64,000 nucleotides of DNA from an uncultured Acidobacteriota bacterium (lineage in GTDB: Bacteria; Acidobacteriota; Vicinamibacteria; Vicinamibacterales; CAVVIG01): the NCBI GenBank assembly GCA_963748265.1, contig CAVVIG010000007.1:63229-127228 (forward strand). The letters run 5' to 3'. The notes beneath the pieces were generated by a model, which was not told the DNA's origin, made no database searches, and saw nothing but the letters and a program-made list of their open reading frames with translations. Made by a program: the position numbers and the translations under genes. This document shows positions 19,409-30,486 of the stretch, one piece after another (the stretch's first letter is position 1; every line of letters begins with the position of its first letter).

Positions 19409-19774
19409 TCAGCGCTTGACGGTGAAGGCGAAGTCGCCCTTCTGGATGTGGCCGTCCGTGCCGGCGGCCTGCCACGACACGGTGTAGGCACCGTCCGGCA
19501 TGTCGCCCTCCACCACCGCCATCAGCGACTTGTCCATGACGTGGAGCTGCACGAGCTTCGTCGCCGGCGACGGCCCCTTGAGTTCGAGCTTGCTGACCTT
19601 CAGGTCCGGCGCCTCGGTGAAGAACACCTGCACGTGCGGGAGCGGTTTCGTAACGACGGCGTTGGCCGCGGGCTCGCTCTTCGCCAGCTTCATGTGCGCC
19701 TGGAGCAGGGTCGTGCTCGCAAGGACGAGAACCGCCGCCACCAGCGCACCGGACAGAACACGCGAGATTCTCAT
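19409..19774 (-). CDS. copC: CopC periplasmic copper chaperone
   Basis: Signal peptide then N-terminal His (LQA|HMKLAKSEP); YTVSWQAAGTDGH. AGGAG RBS before ATG 19774. Confidence 0.9.
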   Translation of the reverse strand: MRISRVLSGALVAAVLVLASTTLLQAHMKLAKSEPAANAVVTKPLPHVQVFFTEAPDLKVSKLELKGPSPATKLVQLHVMDKSLMAVVEGDMPDGAYTVSWQAAGTDGHIQKGDFAFTVKR

Positions 19775-19936
19775 AGTGTGACTCTCCTGTGAGTCGATTC
19801 CCGAGTGTAGCACGCACGCTCGAGGGCACGTGTCGGGGCAGAACGGCCGCGGTATCATGCAGCCGTCATGCGAGCGCCATCAGATCGCCCAGCCACAGCG
19901 CCTCTTCCGACCGCCACGCCGGGACGAGGGTCGACA

Positions 19937-21139
19937 GTGAAACACACTCTTGTGGCCCTCGTCTGTGCGCTCCTCGCGTGCCTGGCCGCGCTGACCACGA
20001 CGTCGGCCCAGCAGCAGGGGCCGACGCGCGTCTTCCACGTGCGGGAGACCGCCGGGATCCGGCGGACGGAGTACCCGGTCAGCGTGCGCATCATGCTGCC
20101 CAGGGGCGCGCTCGCTGATGCGGCGCACGCGCGCCTCACGAGCAACAGCGCGGAAGTTCCAGCGCAGTTCACCGCGAGCACCACGTTCGACGACGGGTCG
20201 GTGCAGGCGCTGGATGTGGACTTCAATGCGAGCCTCGATCCCGAAGAGGATCGGCGGTTCGAGCTCCAGTTCGGACCGGCCGTCACCGCCGCGCCGATCA
20301 CTGCGCGCGGGCTCACCGTCACCGAGCAGCCCGACGCGATCGTCGTCGGCAACCTGACCTTCTCGAAGAAAGGCAGTCCGCTGCTCACGTCGGTCTCCTA
20401 TCGCGGTGAAGGCATCGGAGGCGGGGCGAACGGCCTCACGCTCACCGACAGCGCCGGACGGCGGCACGACCTGTCGAAAGCGCAGGACGCCAGGCTGGAC
20501 ATCGTCAAGCGCGGTCCGCTCCTCGTCGTGCTGCGCTACTCCGCGGGCATCCCGATGGACGATGGCACGATCGTCCCGGTGGATTTGTTGCTCGAGATGC
20601 CGAACAGCAAGAGCTGGCTGAAGACGACCGCGACGGTGACCGATCGCGGACGCAAGCTGCGCGACATCGCCATCGAGCGGCCGTACACGTTCTCGGGCTT
20701 CCCTGCCCTGTGGGACTTCGGCACCGACAGCGGTACCTACGGCGTCTTCCGCGCGGCGACCGACACGGTCGCACTGACGCAGACCGCCACCGCGGCGGGT
20801 CCCTCGGGCTGGCGCATCGAGACCGGCACCGGCACCGCGCTCAGGCCGTTCGAGACCTCCGCGGGCGCACGCAACAAGAACGCATCGGGTTGGGGACACG
20901 TGCAGGACGCGAAGGCGGCCGTCGCGTTTGCGGTTGCGCGCTTCGGACGCGACGCCGCCACCTACACCATCACGCTCGCCGGAAGCGGCCAGGCCACGTT
21001 CCGCGTCTCGCCCGCGGCACCGACGGGCCAGCACCAGATCGTGCTGTACGAGCACTTCGTCTCGACACCGGTCGCGGTGGGTGCGGCCACGAATCCCACG
21101 GCCATGGTGACGCCGCCCTCCGTGACGATCGAGAGGTGA
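19937..21139 (+). CDS. Secreted beta-rich hypothetical protein
   Basis: GTG with GAGG RBS; signal peptide; VRETAGIRRTEYPV. Long GC3-biased ORF. Confidence 0.75.
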   Translation: MKHTLVALVCALLACLAALTTTSAQQQGPTRVFHVRETAGIRRTEYPVSVRIMLPRGALADAAHARLTSNSAEVPAQFTASTTFDDGSVQALDVDFNASLDPEEDRRFELQFGPAVTAAPITARGLTVTEQPDAIVVGNLTFSKKGSPLLTSVSYRGEGIGGGANGLTLTDSAGRRHDLSKAQDARLDIVKRGPLLVVLRYSAGIPMDDGTIVPVDLLLEMPNSKSWLKTTATVTDRGRKLRDIAIERPYTFSGFPALWDFGTDSGTYGVFRAATDTVALTQTATAAGPSGWRIETGTGTALRPFETSAGARNKNASGWGHVQDAKAAVAFAVARFGRDAATYTITLAGSGQATFRVSPAAPTGQHQIVLYEHFVSTPVAVGAATNPTAMVTPPSVTIER

Positions 21140-21172
21140 TAAGCCAGCGACTTGGGACTTTGCGATTTGTGA

Positions 21173-22861
21173 CTACTTCATCAAAGGCGCCAGCCTCCGC
21201 CGCGTTGCCTGCTCGAACGCATAAGCGAGAGCCAGGAGGCGTGGCTCGCTGCAGGCGACGCCGGTGAAGCTGACGCCAAACGGGGCGGGGTTCGCGTTGA
21301 AGCCTTCGGGGAACGGCGGCGTCGGCTCGTTGGGCACGGTTCCGAAGGGCACGATCACGGTCGGATAGCCAGGACGCGCGGCGAGCGCCGCACCCGTCGA
21401 ACCAGGGAACAGCAGCGCATCGAGCCGCTGAACCCGCATCACCTCGTCGATCCCATGCGTGCCCGTCAGCTGGAGGTCCTTCGCGCGGTCGGCTTCGTAC
21501 CGCACGCGGTCGCGCTGCAGATCGATCTCGTCCGAGCTGTCCAGCAGCGACTGGCCGTATTTGATCGCCCCCGCAGCGGCATGCGCGGTGTTCCAGGCGC
21601 GCAGCTCCGACAACGTGCGCAGCGGAGCGGTCGGTCCGAGCGACTCGAGCCAGGCGTTGAAGTCGCGCTTCATCCCGTACTTGTAGACAATCGAGCACCC
21701 CTCATCCTGCCCGCGCTTCTCCGGCCCGCAGATGCTCCAGCGCAGGAAGTTGCGGGCCGGGTCGGGGTCCACCACGCTCGGGATGTCCGCCGGATCGATC
21801 ACCTCCGCGCCCTGCGCACGCAGAATCGCGATGGCTTCCCGCATGACCGATGCCTGGGCCGGCGAGAGCCCGCCGCGCGGAGCGCCGGCGGTGAGCCCGG
21901 CTACCGCTTCGTAGTAGAACGCGCGCGGGATGCCGATGCGGGAGCCGCGGAACGCATCAGTGCGGAGGAACTGCGTGTAGTCGCGCCCGGACGGCGCCTC
22001 GCAGCTGCGCGTCGCGGGATCGTTCGGGTCCGGCGCCGCGCCCTCGAGGGCACCGAGCATGATGGCGGCGTCAAGCACCGTGCGCGCCATCGGCCCGGGC
22101 GTGTCCTGGTCCCCGGTGATCGGGATGACGCCGTAGCGGCTGATGCGCCCCACTGTCGGCTTGATGCCGACGAGCATGTTCTGATTCGCCGGGCTCAGGA
22201 TCGATCCGGAGGTCTCCGTGCCGACGTTCGCCGCCCAGAAGCTTGCGGCCGTGCCGATGCCTGAGCTCGAGCCGCCGGTCGCGAGGGCCGGCCGGCCATC
22301 GGAGGTGGGCCGAGGATCGCGGCGTGGATCGTACGGGTTGAAGCCGAAGCCGCCGATCGCGTTGTAGTTGGTCGGCATCGGCGTCGGCACACCGGCCACC
22401 CAGTTGGCGAGTTCGGTCATCCCGGTCTTCGCGATGATGATCGCCCCCGCGGCCTTGAGGTTTGCCACGAGCGTCGCCTCGTACGGCGGCACGAATCCGG
22501 TGAACGCCAGCGCGCCTCCGGTCGTCGGCATGTCGATGGTGTGGATGTTGTCCTTCACCGCCACGGGAATGCCGTGCAGCGGTCCGCGAACGCGTCCCGC
22601 GGCCCGCTCCCGATCGCGATCGGCAGCTTCCTCGAGCGCGCTGCGGTTCACGTGAAGGGCGGCGTGCAGCGTGTCCTCGAAGGTGCCGATCCGGTGCAGG
22701 TACTGCGACACGATCTCGACCGATGTCAGCCGTCCGGCTTCCAGGGCGGCCCGCATGTCGGCGATGCTCGCCTCCACGACGCTGAACGATGGGGTCTGCG
22801 AGTGCATGGGTACCGTCGCAAGGGAAAGAGCGGCTGTGGCTGCGAGCGTCAGGCGCTTCAT
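21173..22861 (-). CDS. Secreted amidase-signature enzyme
   Basis: Starts MKRLTLAA (signal peptide); [32 protein letters not shown]. Confidence 0.9.
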   Translation of the reverse strand: MKRLTLAATAALSLATVPMHSQTPSFSVVEASIADMRAALEAGRLTSVEIVSQYLHRIGTFEDTLHAALHVNRSALEEAADRDRERAAGRVRGPLHGIPVAVKDNIHTIDMPTTGGALAFTGFVPPYEATLVANLKAAGAIIIAKTGMTELANWVAGVPTPMPTNYNAIGGFGFNPYDPRRDPRPTSDGRPALATGGSSSGIGTAASFWAANVGTETSGSILSPANQNMLVGIKPTVGRISRYGVIPITGDQDTPGPMARTVLDAAIMLGALEGAAPDPNDPATRSCEAPSGRDYTQFLRTDAFRGSRIGIPRAFYYEAVAGLTAGAPRGGLSPAQASVMREAIAILRAQGAEVIDPADIPSVVDPDPARNFLRWSICGPEKRGQDEGCSIVYKYGMKRDFNAWLESLGPTAPLRTLSELRAWNTAHAAAGAIKYGQSLLDSSDEIDLQRDRVRYEADRAKDLQLTGTHGIDEVMRVQRLDALLFPGSTGAALAARPGYPTVIVPFGTVPNEPTPPFPEGFNANPAPFGVSFTGVACSEPRLLALAYAFEQATRRRLAPLMK

Positions 22862-24067
22862 CGGCCGTACTTCCTGAGCTCGAGCTTCGCCACGGTCTCG
22901 ATGTGCACGTCGTCGGGCCCGTCTGCCAGCCGGATGGTTCGGGCGTGCGCCCAGGCTGCAGCCAGCGGGAAGTCGTCGCTCACGCCAGCCGCACCGTGCA
23001 CTTGTATGGCGCGATCGATCACGTCGAGCGCCGTCCGGGGCACCGACACCTTGATCATGGCGATCTCCGCACGCGCGGCCTTCGACCCTGCCGGTGTCCA
23101 TCATCCAGGCCGTCTTCAGCGTCAGGAGGCGCGCCTGTTCGAGCTCGATGCGCGATCGGGCGATCGCGTCACGCACGGTCCCCTGCTCCGCCAGTGGACG
23201 GCCGAAGGCCACGCGCGACAAGGCGCGCGCGCACGTCAGTTCCAGGCATCGTTCTGCGAGGCCGATCAGCCGCATGCAATGGTGCACCCGCCCCGGGCCC
23301 AGGCGCCCCTGCGCGATCTCGAAGCCGCGGCCTTCGCCGAGCAGCAGGTTCGCCGCCGGGACGCGCACGTTCTCGAACGTCACCTCCGCATGTCCATGCG
23401 GCGCATCGTCGTAGCCGAAGACCGGGAGCATCCGACGTACGGTGACACCGGGAGTGTCCATGGGCACGAGGATCATCGACTGCTGCTGGTGGGTCGCCGC
23501 GTCCGGGTTGCTGCGCCCCATGACGATGGCCACCGTGCAGCGCGGGTCGCCGGCGCCGGAGATGTACCACTTCCGGCCGTTCACGACGTAGCGGTCGCCG
23601 ACGCGGACGATGCTGGCGCGGATGTTGGTGGCGTCGGAGGAGGCCACGTCGGGCTCGGTCATCGCGAAGCAGGAGCGGATGCGGCCGTCCAGAAGCGGGT
23701 CGAGCCAGCGTGCCTTCTGCTCGCCGGTGCCATAGCGCGCGAGCACCTCCATGTTGCCGGTGTCTGGCGCTGAGCAGTTGAAGACCTCCGGCGCAAACGC
23801 CGGGGAGCGCCCCATGATCTCGCAGAGCGGCGCGTACTCGACGTTCGTCAGGCCGGCGCCCCGGTCCCCGTCCGGCAGGAACAGGTTCCAAAGGCCCGCG
23901 GCCCTCGCCTTTGTCTTCAGGGCCTCTACGATCGGGACCGGTTGCCAGCGATCGCCGTCGGCTACCTGCGCGTGAAAGGTCGCCTCGTTCGGATAGATGT
24001 GCTCCGCCATGAAGGCGGTGAGCGTCGCCGCGACCGCGCTCGCGCGCTCCGAACGGTCGAACAGCAT
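22858..24067 (-). CDS. Acyl-CoA dehydrogenase (ACAD10/11-like; +1 frameshift near 23092)
   Basis: [45 protein letters not shown]-terminus [10 protein letters not shown] lies in ORF 22858..23058. Confidence 0.9.
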
Positions 24068-24112
24068 AGGCGCATGATAGCCAATCCTCGCTGGTGTTAG
24101 CCTGTGGCCGGC

Positions 24113-25181
24113 ATGCAGGGAGACACGCGCGACGTCCGCCAGGGCGAGGAGATCGATTGGGGCGCGCTGGCAGCCTATCTGCGGTGGCACTTCGCCGACG
24201 GCCAGGTCCCGGGCCTGCGGCTCGCAGACGACGTCCAGGTGTCGCAGTTCGCGGGCGGCCACTCGAACCTCACCTACCTGGTTCGCGTTGGCGGCGCGGA
24301 CCTCGGTACTGCGGCGTCCGCCGCTCGGGCCGGTGGCGCCGCGGGCCCACGACATGGCGCGCGAGTATCGCTGGCTCTCGGCCCTGCACCCCGTCTTCCC
24401 GCTGGCGCCGCGGCCGTACGTCCTCTGCGAGGACCCGTCGGTGCTCGGCAGCGTCTTCTACATCATGGAGCGGCGGCGCGGCATGGCCGTGCGCCGCGAC
24501 GAGCCGCTGTCGCTCGCGAACCACCCGGACATGCGCCAGCGCGTGAGCGAAGCGCTCGTGGAGACGCTGGCCACGCTGCACAGCGTCGACGTGTCGCGCG
24601 AACCGCTCGCCGGGCTCGGTCGTCCGCAGGGATTCGTGGAGCGGCAGGTTCGTGGCTGGACCGAACGGTGGCAGGGCGCTCAGCTCGAGCCGCTGCCCGA
24701 CATGGACGCCGTGGCCGCGTGGCTTGCCGCTCGGGTGCCCCCCGACCCGGCCGAGCCGACCGTGGTCCACGGAGACTTCAAGCTGGACAACGTGCTGCTC
24801 GACCTGCTCGATCCCGGCCGCGTGAGGGCGGTGCTGGACTGGGAGATGTGCGCGCTCGGCGACCCGCTGGTGGACCTTGGCATCATGGTGGCGTACTGGA
24901 CATGCGGCGCCGGGGAGCCGGGCGGCGACGCGCTCAGCTCGGTGACAGGTCGTCCGGGCTACCTCTCGCGCGAGGCACTCATCGATGGCTATGCGCGCGC
25001 CTCGGGGCGGGACGTGTCGGCGATCACCTTCTACGAGGCGTTTGCTCTGTTCAAGATCGCCGTGGTCATCCAGCAGATCTTTCACCGTTATCAGCGCGGT
25101 CAGACCGACGACGGGCGCTTTGCGACATTTGGCGACAGAGTTCGAGACCTGGCACAGCAGGCTGTGTCGCGGATCCGATGA
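24113..25181 (+). CDS. APH-family phosphotransferase (ACAD10-type; +1 frameshift near 24305)
   Basis: [16 protein letters not shown]...[34 protein letters not shown]. Confidence 0.88.
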
Positions 25182-25243
25182 GGACTGCCGCGGACAGAGG
25201 GAAGGCGACGCTCGTAGCGTCGGCGGTCCGGTAGAATAGACGT

Positions 25244-26631
25244 ATGCGCTACACACTCGCGGGACTATTCGTGGCCTCGCTGGCGCTGTTTGCCTCGGCC
25301 GCTCCGCAGGCCGGGCAGGCGACCAGGAACGCCGCGGCGCAGCAGCTTCCACCGCTCTCGTACATCTGCCCGATGGTGGGCGATGAGGACGTCGTCGAAG
25401 ACAAGCCGGGACAGTGTCCGAAGTGCAAGATGGAGCTGCAGGCGGTGCGGCTGGACGCCAAGTACTGGTGTCCTGTGCACCAGGGCCTCGAAGTGCACGA
25501 CGGCCCGGGCAAGTGCCGCCGCGATGGACGGGAGCTCATCCCCGTCACGCTCGCGCTGACGTGGACCTGTGCCGACGCGCCCGACAAGCCGCTGCTCGAG
25601 CCGGGCAACTGCTCGAGCGGTCAGGCGCGCAAGATCAACTACGCGCTGCGCGCACACGGTGATCACAACCCGAAGCACGGTGGCCAGTTCTTCATGGCGG
25701 CCGACGCCTGGCATCACCTCGAGGGCACGTACCCGCAGAACGGCCTCTTCCGCGTCTGGTTCTACGACAACTTCACGAAGCCGATGCCGGTGAAGGGATT
25801 CACTGGCACGCTCGCGATTCGCGACGCGTCGGACAAGGAGATCGCCAGCCGCACCGCTCGCGCTCGGACGCGACCGCACGACGATGGAAGCGAAGGTCCC
25901 GGCGGCGAACGCCGCCTTCCCGCTCCGCGTGACGCTGAAGATGAAGTTGAGCGACAAGCTGGCCGAACAGCCGTTCGACTTCCAGTTCAACGAGCTCTCG
26001 AAGGAGCCGCCGCCCGTACCGGCCGCGACAGCAGCGCCGGCCACGACCACGCGGCAGACGACTCCGGCGACTCCGGCTGCGCCGGCGGCGCGTCCGCCGG
26101 CCGCGACCGCTGAAGCATCGCCTGCGCGTCCCGCTGCGCCAGCACCGGCACCTGCACCAGCCCCTGCTCCGCCGGCGGCCACAGCTGCCGCCGCCCAGGA
26201 TCAACAGATCGTGATCGCACCGCCACCCGGCCGCGAAAACGATCCGTTCGCGGGCGAAATTGCGCCGATGCCTCCGGCTCTCGCCGCGGTGCTGAACGAA
26301 GACGTGCTTCCGAAGACGCTGCCCGAGCTTCTCGCCGAACTCGACAACCGGACCGGACAGATCGACTCGCTGATGCGTGACGGCAACCTGGCCGAGGTCT
26401 GGTTGCCGGCCATGGGTACCAAGACGGTCGCGCTCGTGCTCGAGTCGCACGCCAACACGCTGCCCGCGCAGCAGCGTGCGGCTGTCGACCTCCGCCGTGA
26501 AGCGCGTCGTCACCTCCGCCTGGGAAATCGACGGATACGGCGATCTCGGCAACAAGGCAAAACTCACCGAGGCGTACCAGCGCCTCTCTGCGGCAGTGGC
26601 CGACCTGAAGGCTGCATATGGCAATCGCTAA
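25244..26631 (+). CDS. Secreted heavy-metal-binding-domain protein (frameshifts ~25850 and ~26487)
   Basis: YICPM..PGQCPKCKMEL, YWCPVH..PGKC, WTC..PGNC repeats; HGDHNPKHGG and WHHLEG; Pro/Ala linker; helical C-terminal domain. Confidence 0.75.
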
Positions 26632-27815
26632 GCCTCGCGCGCGTCGTGGACGCGCCATCGCATGGGGAACCGCGTTCGGCATCGCCGCGCTGGCGCTCGC
26701 CGGCACGTGGACGACGACGGTCGTCGACGCTCACAAGGCGAAGATCTCGCCGTTCACCTACAACGCGGAGATGTTCCCGCTGCTGCGCGACAAGTGCGGC
26801 CGGTGTCACACCGACGGCGGCCCCGCGCCGATGTCGCTGATGACCTACAACGCAGACGGCGGCGGTGCAGTGGCGTGGGCGGAGTCGATCCGCGAGATGC
26901 TGCTCTCCGGCGCGATGCCCCCGTGGTACGCCGATCCGACAGGGCCGGCCGTCCGCAACAATCATGCGCTGACCGCACGTGAGCTCGACATGATCATCAC
27001 GTGGGCGATCGGCGGGACACCGCACGGCGACCTCACGAAGAAGATTCCGCCCGTTCCGGCTCGCACGGGCTGGACGCTCGGCAAACCGGACCTCGAACTG
27101 CAAATGCCGCAGCCGTTCACCATGGGCCCGGACCTGATGACAAGCCTCGACCGATGTCACGATCCCCACGAACCTCACCGAGGCGAAATGGGTGAAGGCC
27201 GCCGACCTGCTCCCGGGCGTCGCGTCGATGGTGCGCCGCGCGTACATCAGCCTCGAGGGCGGCCCGCTCCTCAACGTCTGGGAGCCGGGCGACGACGCGG
27301 TGGCGGCGCCATCGGGTGCCGCGTTCAAGCTGCCGCCGGCGGCGAAGATCCAGCTGAAGATCGACTACAAGAAGTCGTGGCTCGACGAGCAGAAGTCGCT
27401 GCAGGATCGCAGCACCGTCGGCCTCTACTTCACCGAGGAGCCGCTATCGGGCAAGTCGATCGAGTCGGTGACGATCGACGGTCCGAAGAACGCCACCGAG
27501 TCGCTCGAGCCGCGCTCGTTCAGCGGCACCGTGAAAGCAGCCGGGCGTATCGTGGCGCTCACGCCGATGCTCGACGACCCGTACGCGACGGTGGAGATCA
27601 CGGCCGTCGCCGCTTCGGGCCGCAAGGTCCCGCTCCTGAAGCTGCGCAACACGCGTCCGGAGTGGCCGCGGCGCTACTGGCTGGTCGATCCGGTTGAACT
27701 GCCGGCCAACACGAAGATCGAAGTCGCGATGGTCCCGAGCGATCCGGACACCGGTCCGCTGCTCAAGCCGCAGGACCTGCCGCTGAAGATCACGCTCGAC
27801 ATCGTCCCGCAGTAG
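26618..27815 (+). CDS. Cytochrome c + degenerate PHM-like protein lacking copper ligands (frameshift ~27146)
   Basis: KCGRCH, PAPMSL, MPPWYADP, WTLGKPDL. The Cu-ligand positions read MVRRAY, KIDY and LTPML. Confidence 0.72.
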
Positions 27816-27842
27816 ACGTCGGGTCTTAAGACCCGACGCTAC
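27812..27842. repeat. GTAG-REP palindrome overlapping stop codon
   Basis: GTAGACGTCGGGTCTTAAGACCCGACGCTAC. Confidence 0.8.
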
Positions 27843-27867
27843 GTCCGGTTCAGCGTCCGTTGGCGCG

Positions 27868-29967
27868 TCAGTTCCTGGGTGCCTGCACGATGGCAAGGTG
27901 CCGGCGTGCGTCCACGAAGCCTGGATCGATCGACAGTGCGGTCGTGAACTGGGCGATCGCTTCGTCCCGGCGTCCCAGGCTCCCCAGCACCATCCCGAGC
28001 AGGTCGTGAGCCGCCGGGTCGCGCGGCTTCAACCGCACGGCCTCGCGCGCGTGCGGTTCGGCGCGCGCGAACTGGCCCTGGTCGAGCAGCGCGTTGGCCA
28101 GGTTCCTGCGCGCATCGCCATCGTCCGGAGTCAGCGCCACCGCCCGCGAGAATGCCGCGATGGCGTCGTCCAGGCGGCCGGCGCTTGCCTGGGCGACACC
28201 GAGATTGCGCCAGCCGGCGGCGTTCCCGGGCTCCGTCGTCGTGTATGACTGGAGGACCGGGACCGCCTCTTCGAAGCGTTGCTGCGTGAGCAGCACGTCA
28301 CCCTGCCTGCTCAGGGCGATCGTGTACGAGGGGTAATCGGCGGCCAGCGCACGGAACTGCTCGCGTGCAGCGTCCAGCTTCCCCTGCGCGACCAGCCCCT
28401 GCCCGATCAGGTCCCTCGCTGTCGCAGTCTTGCTGTGCCCGGGCAGGAGGCGCAGGAACGACTCGAGCGCGGTGATGGATCCGCTGTGATCGCCGCGGAC
28501 GAAGAGTTGCGCACCGAGGTCGAAGTACGCCTCGGGGTTGTCGGAGGTCGCGGTGCGCAACTGGTCGATCGCCTCGTCGCGGCGCCCCTCCTCGTACAGC
28601 ATCGCCGCCAGGTTCCTGCGCGCGCGGCCGTGCGGCCAGCGGTCCACCACCGTCTGCCAGATCGTGGTTCGCGAAGCGTACTCCTGAGTACGCTGCCAGG
28701 TGAGCGTGCATAGCATCAGGGTGGCGATCGCGACCGCCGATGTGCCGATGCGCCGCCGGATGTGGGGGCGGGTCTTGAGACCCGCCCATGCGCACAGCAG
28801 CACGCCCCCCAGGATGATCGCCATCGACGGCAGGTACATCCGCCGCTCCGCGCCCGCTTCCGTCACGATCGGGATGATGCTCGACGACGGCGCCAGCGTC
28901 ATGAACACCCAGGCCGCGAGGAATCCGGCTCGGGGCCACCTGACCAGGGCGACCAGCGCCGCAAGACACAGGAGCGCGACCACCGTGAACTGCCACCAGA
29001 CGTCGCCAAACGTCAGCGCCCGAACGGTCCCGTAGTCCAGCACGAGGCCGACGGGCCAGACGACGAGGCGGAGGTACCTGAGGATCATGACCGACTGGTT
29101 CAACAGGTAGGTCCACGCGCCGGTCTCGATGCCGGGACCGAGGTCGCCGACGAAGCCGGCCGAACTGGCACGCGGCGCCCCTGCCAGAAGCACCGCCAGC
29201 ACGCCCCAGGACGCCGCAAGACCGGCGTATAGCGGCCAGCGGCGACGGAATGCGTCCTTCCAGGACGCGAACAGGAACACACGGTCGAAGAGCGCCACCA
29301 TCAGCGGCGCCGTCGCCATCGACTCCTTGCTCGCCATGCCCAGCGCGCATGCCGCCACCGCGATCGCCGTCCACATCCGCTCGCGCGCGCCTTCGGCCGC
29401 CCGGACCGCGGCGAACATCGTCAGCAGGTAGAAGAGCGCCGTTGTCGACTCCGTGCGCGCGACGATGTAGTCCACGGCTTCGGACTGGAGGGGATGCACG
29501 GCCCACAGCAGTGCGGCCGCGAAGGCCACTGGTGTTGCGGCGGACGCAGGGACGATGGATGCGATCGACGGCAGGACAAAACAGGCCAGCAGCAGCGCGA
29601 ACAACAGCAGCGCGCACGCCACGTGCGTGGCGACGTTCCACAGGTGGTAGCCGGCGACATCGAGTCCGCCGAGCGCGAAGTTGACCGCCAGCGTCAGGTT
29701 GACGATCGGCCGCCCGGCCACCGACTCCCCGCGCGAAGGGGTCCGCAGGACGTCAGACAGCGGCCAGAGGCGATGCACCGACGGGTTGTCGCGAATCGAC
29801 GCGAAGTCGTCGAACACGAACGGCCCGGACAGGCTGTTCGCGTAGGTGACGGCGATGATGAAGACGAGCGCCAGCCCCCACAGAAGGCGCGTGCCGCTGC
29901 GGGGCGCAGGGGGACGCGCGTCCTGGGGCTGTGCCCGCGACGGCCGGCGCTCTCGACGTGCCGACAT
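27868..29967 (-). CDS. TMTC-like GT-C membrane protein with C-terminal TPRs
   Basis: FVFDD, RP, HPLQSEAVDYIVAR, SKE and AERRMYLPS motifs; multiple TM segments; TPR repeats. Confidence 0.85.
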   Translation of the reverse strand: MSARRERRPSRAQPQDARPPAPRSGTRLLWGLALVFIIAVTYANSLSGPFVFDDFASIRDNPSVHRLWPLSDVLRTPSRGESVAGRPIVNLTLAVNFALGGLDVAGYHLWNVATHVACALLLFALLLACFVLPSIASIVPASAATPVAFAAALLWAVHPLQSEAVDYIVARTESTTALFYLLTMFAAVRAAEGARERMWTAIAVAACALGMASKESMATAPLMVALFDRVFLFASWKDAFRRRWPLYAGLAASWGVLAVLLAGAPRASSAGFVGDLGPGIETGAWTYLLNQSVMILRYLRLVVWPVGLVLDYGTVRALTFGDVWWQFTVVALLCLAALVALVRWPRAGFLAAWVFMTLAPSSSIIPIVTEAGAERRMYLPSMAIILGGVLLCAWAGLKTRPHIRRRIGTSAVAIATLMLCTLTWQRTQEYASRTTIWQTVVDRWPHGRARRNLAAMLYEEGRRDEAIDQLRTATSDNPEAYFDLGAQLFVRGDHSGSITALESFLRLLPGHSKTATARDLIGQGLVAQGKLDAAREQFRALAADYPSYTIALSRQGDVLLTQQRFEEAVPVLQSYTTTEPGNAAGWRNLGVAQASAGRLDDAIAAFSRAVALTPDDGDARRNLANALLDQGQFARAEPHAREAVRLKPRDPAAHDLLGMVLGSLGRRDEAIAQFTTALSIDPGFVDARRHLAIVQAPRN
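28761..28787. repeat. Intragenic REP copy (in-frame)
   Basis: TGTGGGGGCGGGTCTTGAGACCCGCCC differs from the 13772 REP at 2 of 27 positions and encodes WAGLKTRPHI in the TMTC-like gene. Confidence 0.7.
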
Positions 29968-29989
29968 GGCGACCCCTGACCTCGCGGGG

Positions 29990-30445
29990 TCAGCGATAGA
30001 GGTCCTTGATGGCGGGCATGTACTGGGTGTGGCAGGTGACGCAGGACTCGTAGAGCTCAGCTCCCTGGTCGAAGATCTGCTGCGGATCCTTGCGGTCGGC
30101 CGACGCCATCAGCTTCTCGCTCTCCGCCATCATGCGCTGGACGTTCTTCATCCAGCGGTCGCCGTCCTGGGCACGCGGCGCCATCATGAGCAGGTTGCCC
30201 GCCTCGGTCAGGTTGACCGCGGCCGCCTTCACCTTCATCCAGTCCTCGTCGGACTTCGGGCGTATCTCCTGTGTCCCTTCAGCGGTGACGATGGTGCCGA
30301 CCGCGTCCCAGACGATCTGCGCCTGGCGCTCGACGACGTCGGCCATCAGTAACTTGGTGTCGGCGACGGCCCGGAATGGCGGCGCCTGCGTCCCGCCGCC
30401 GCAGGCGGCTGTCAGGAGCAGGGCGGCCAGCGTGAGTCTTCGCAT
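29990..30445 (-). CDS. Cytochrome c'-like lipoprotein (C-terminal CxxCH)
   Basis: MRRLTLAALLLTAAC lipobox; helical body; LYESCVTCHTQY. Confidence 0.82.
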   Translation of the reverse strand: MRRLTLAALLLTAACGGGTQAPPFRAVADTKLLMADVVERQAQIVWDAVGTIVTAEGTQEIRPKSDEDWMKVKAAAVNLTEAGNLLMMAPRAQDGDRWMKNVQRMMAESEKLMASADRKDPQQIFDQGAELYESCVTCHTQYMPAIKDLYR

Positions 30446-30486
30446 CCGTGGGGTCCTCTGATACACGAGCATACGACGTTCGTCTC

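Noticed and set aside
21173..24355. 1060-aa ORF suggesting an acyl-CoA dehydrogenase-amidase fusion
   Set aside because: It arises from the +1 frameshift near 23092. The dehydrogenase C-terminus is in another frame, and the amidase has its own start and signal peptide at 22861.
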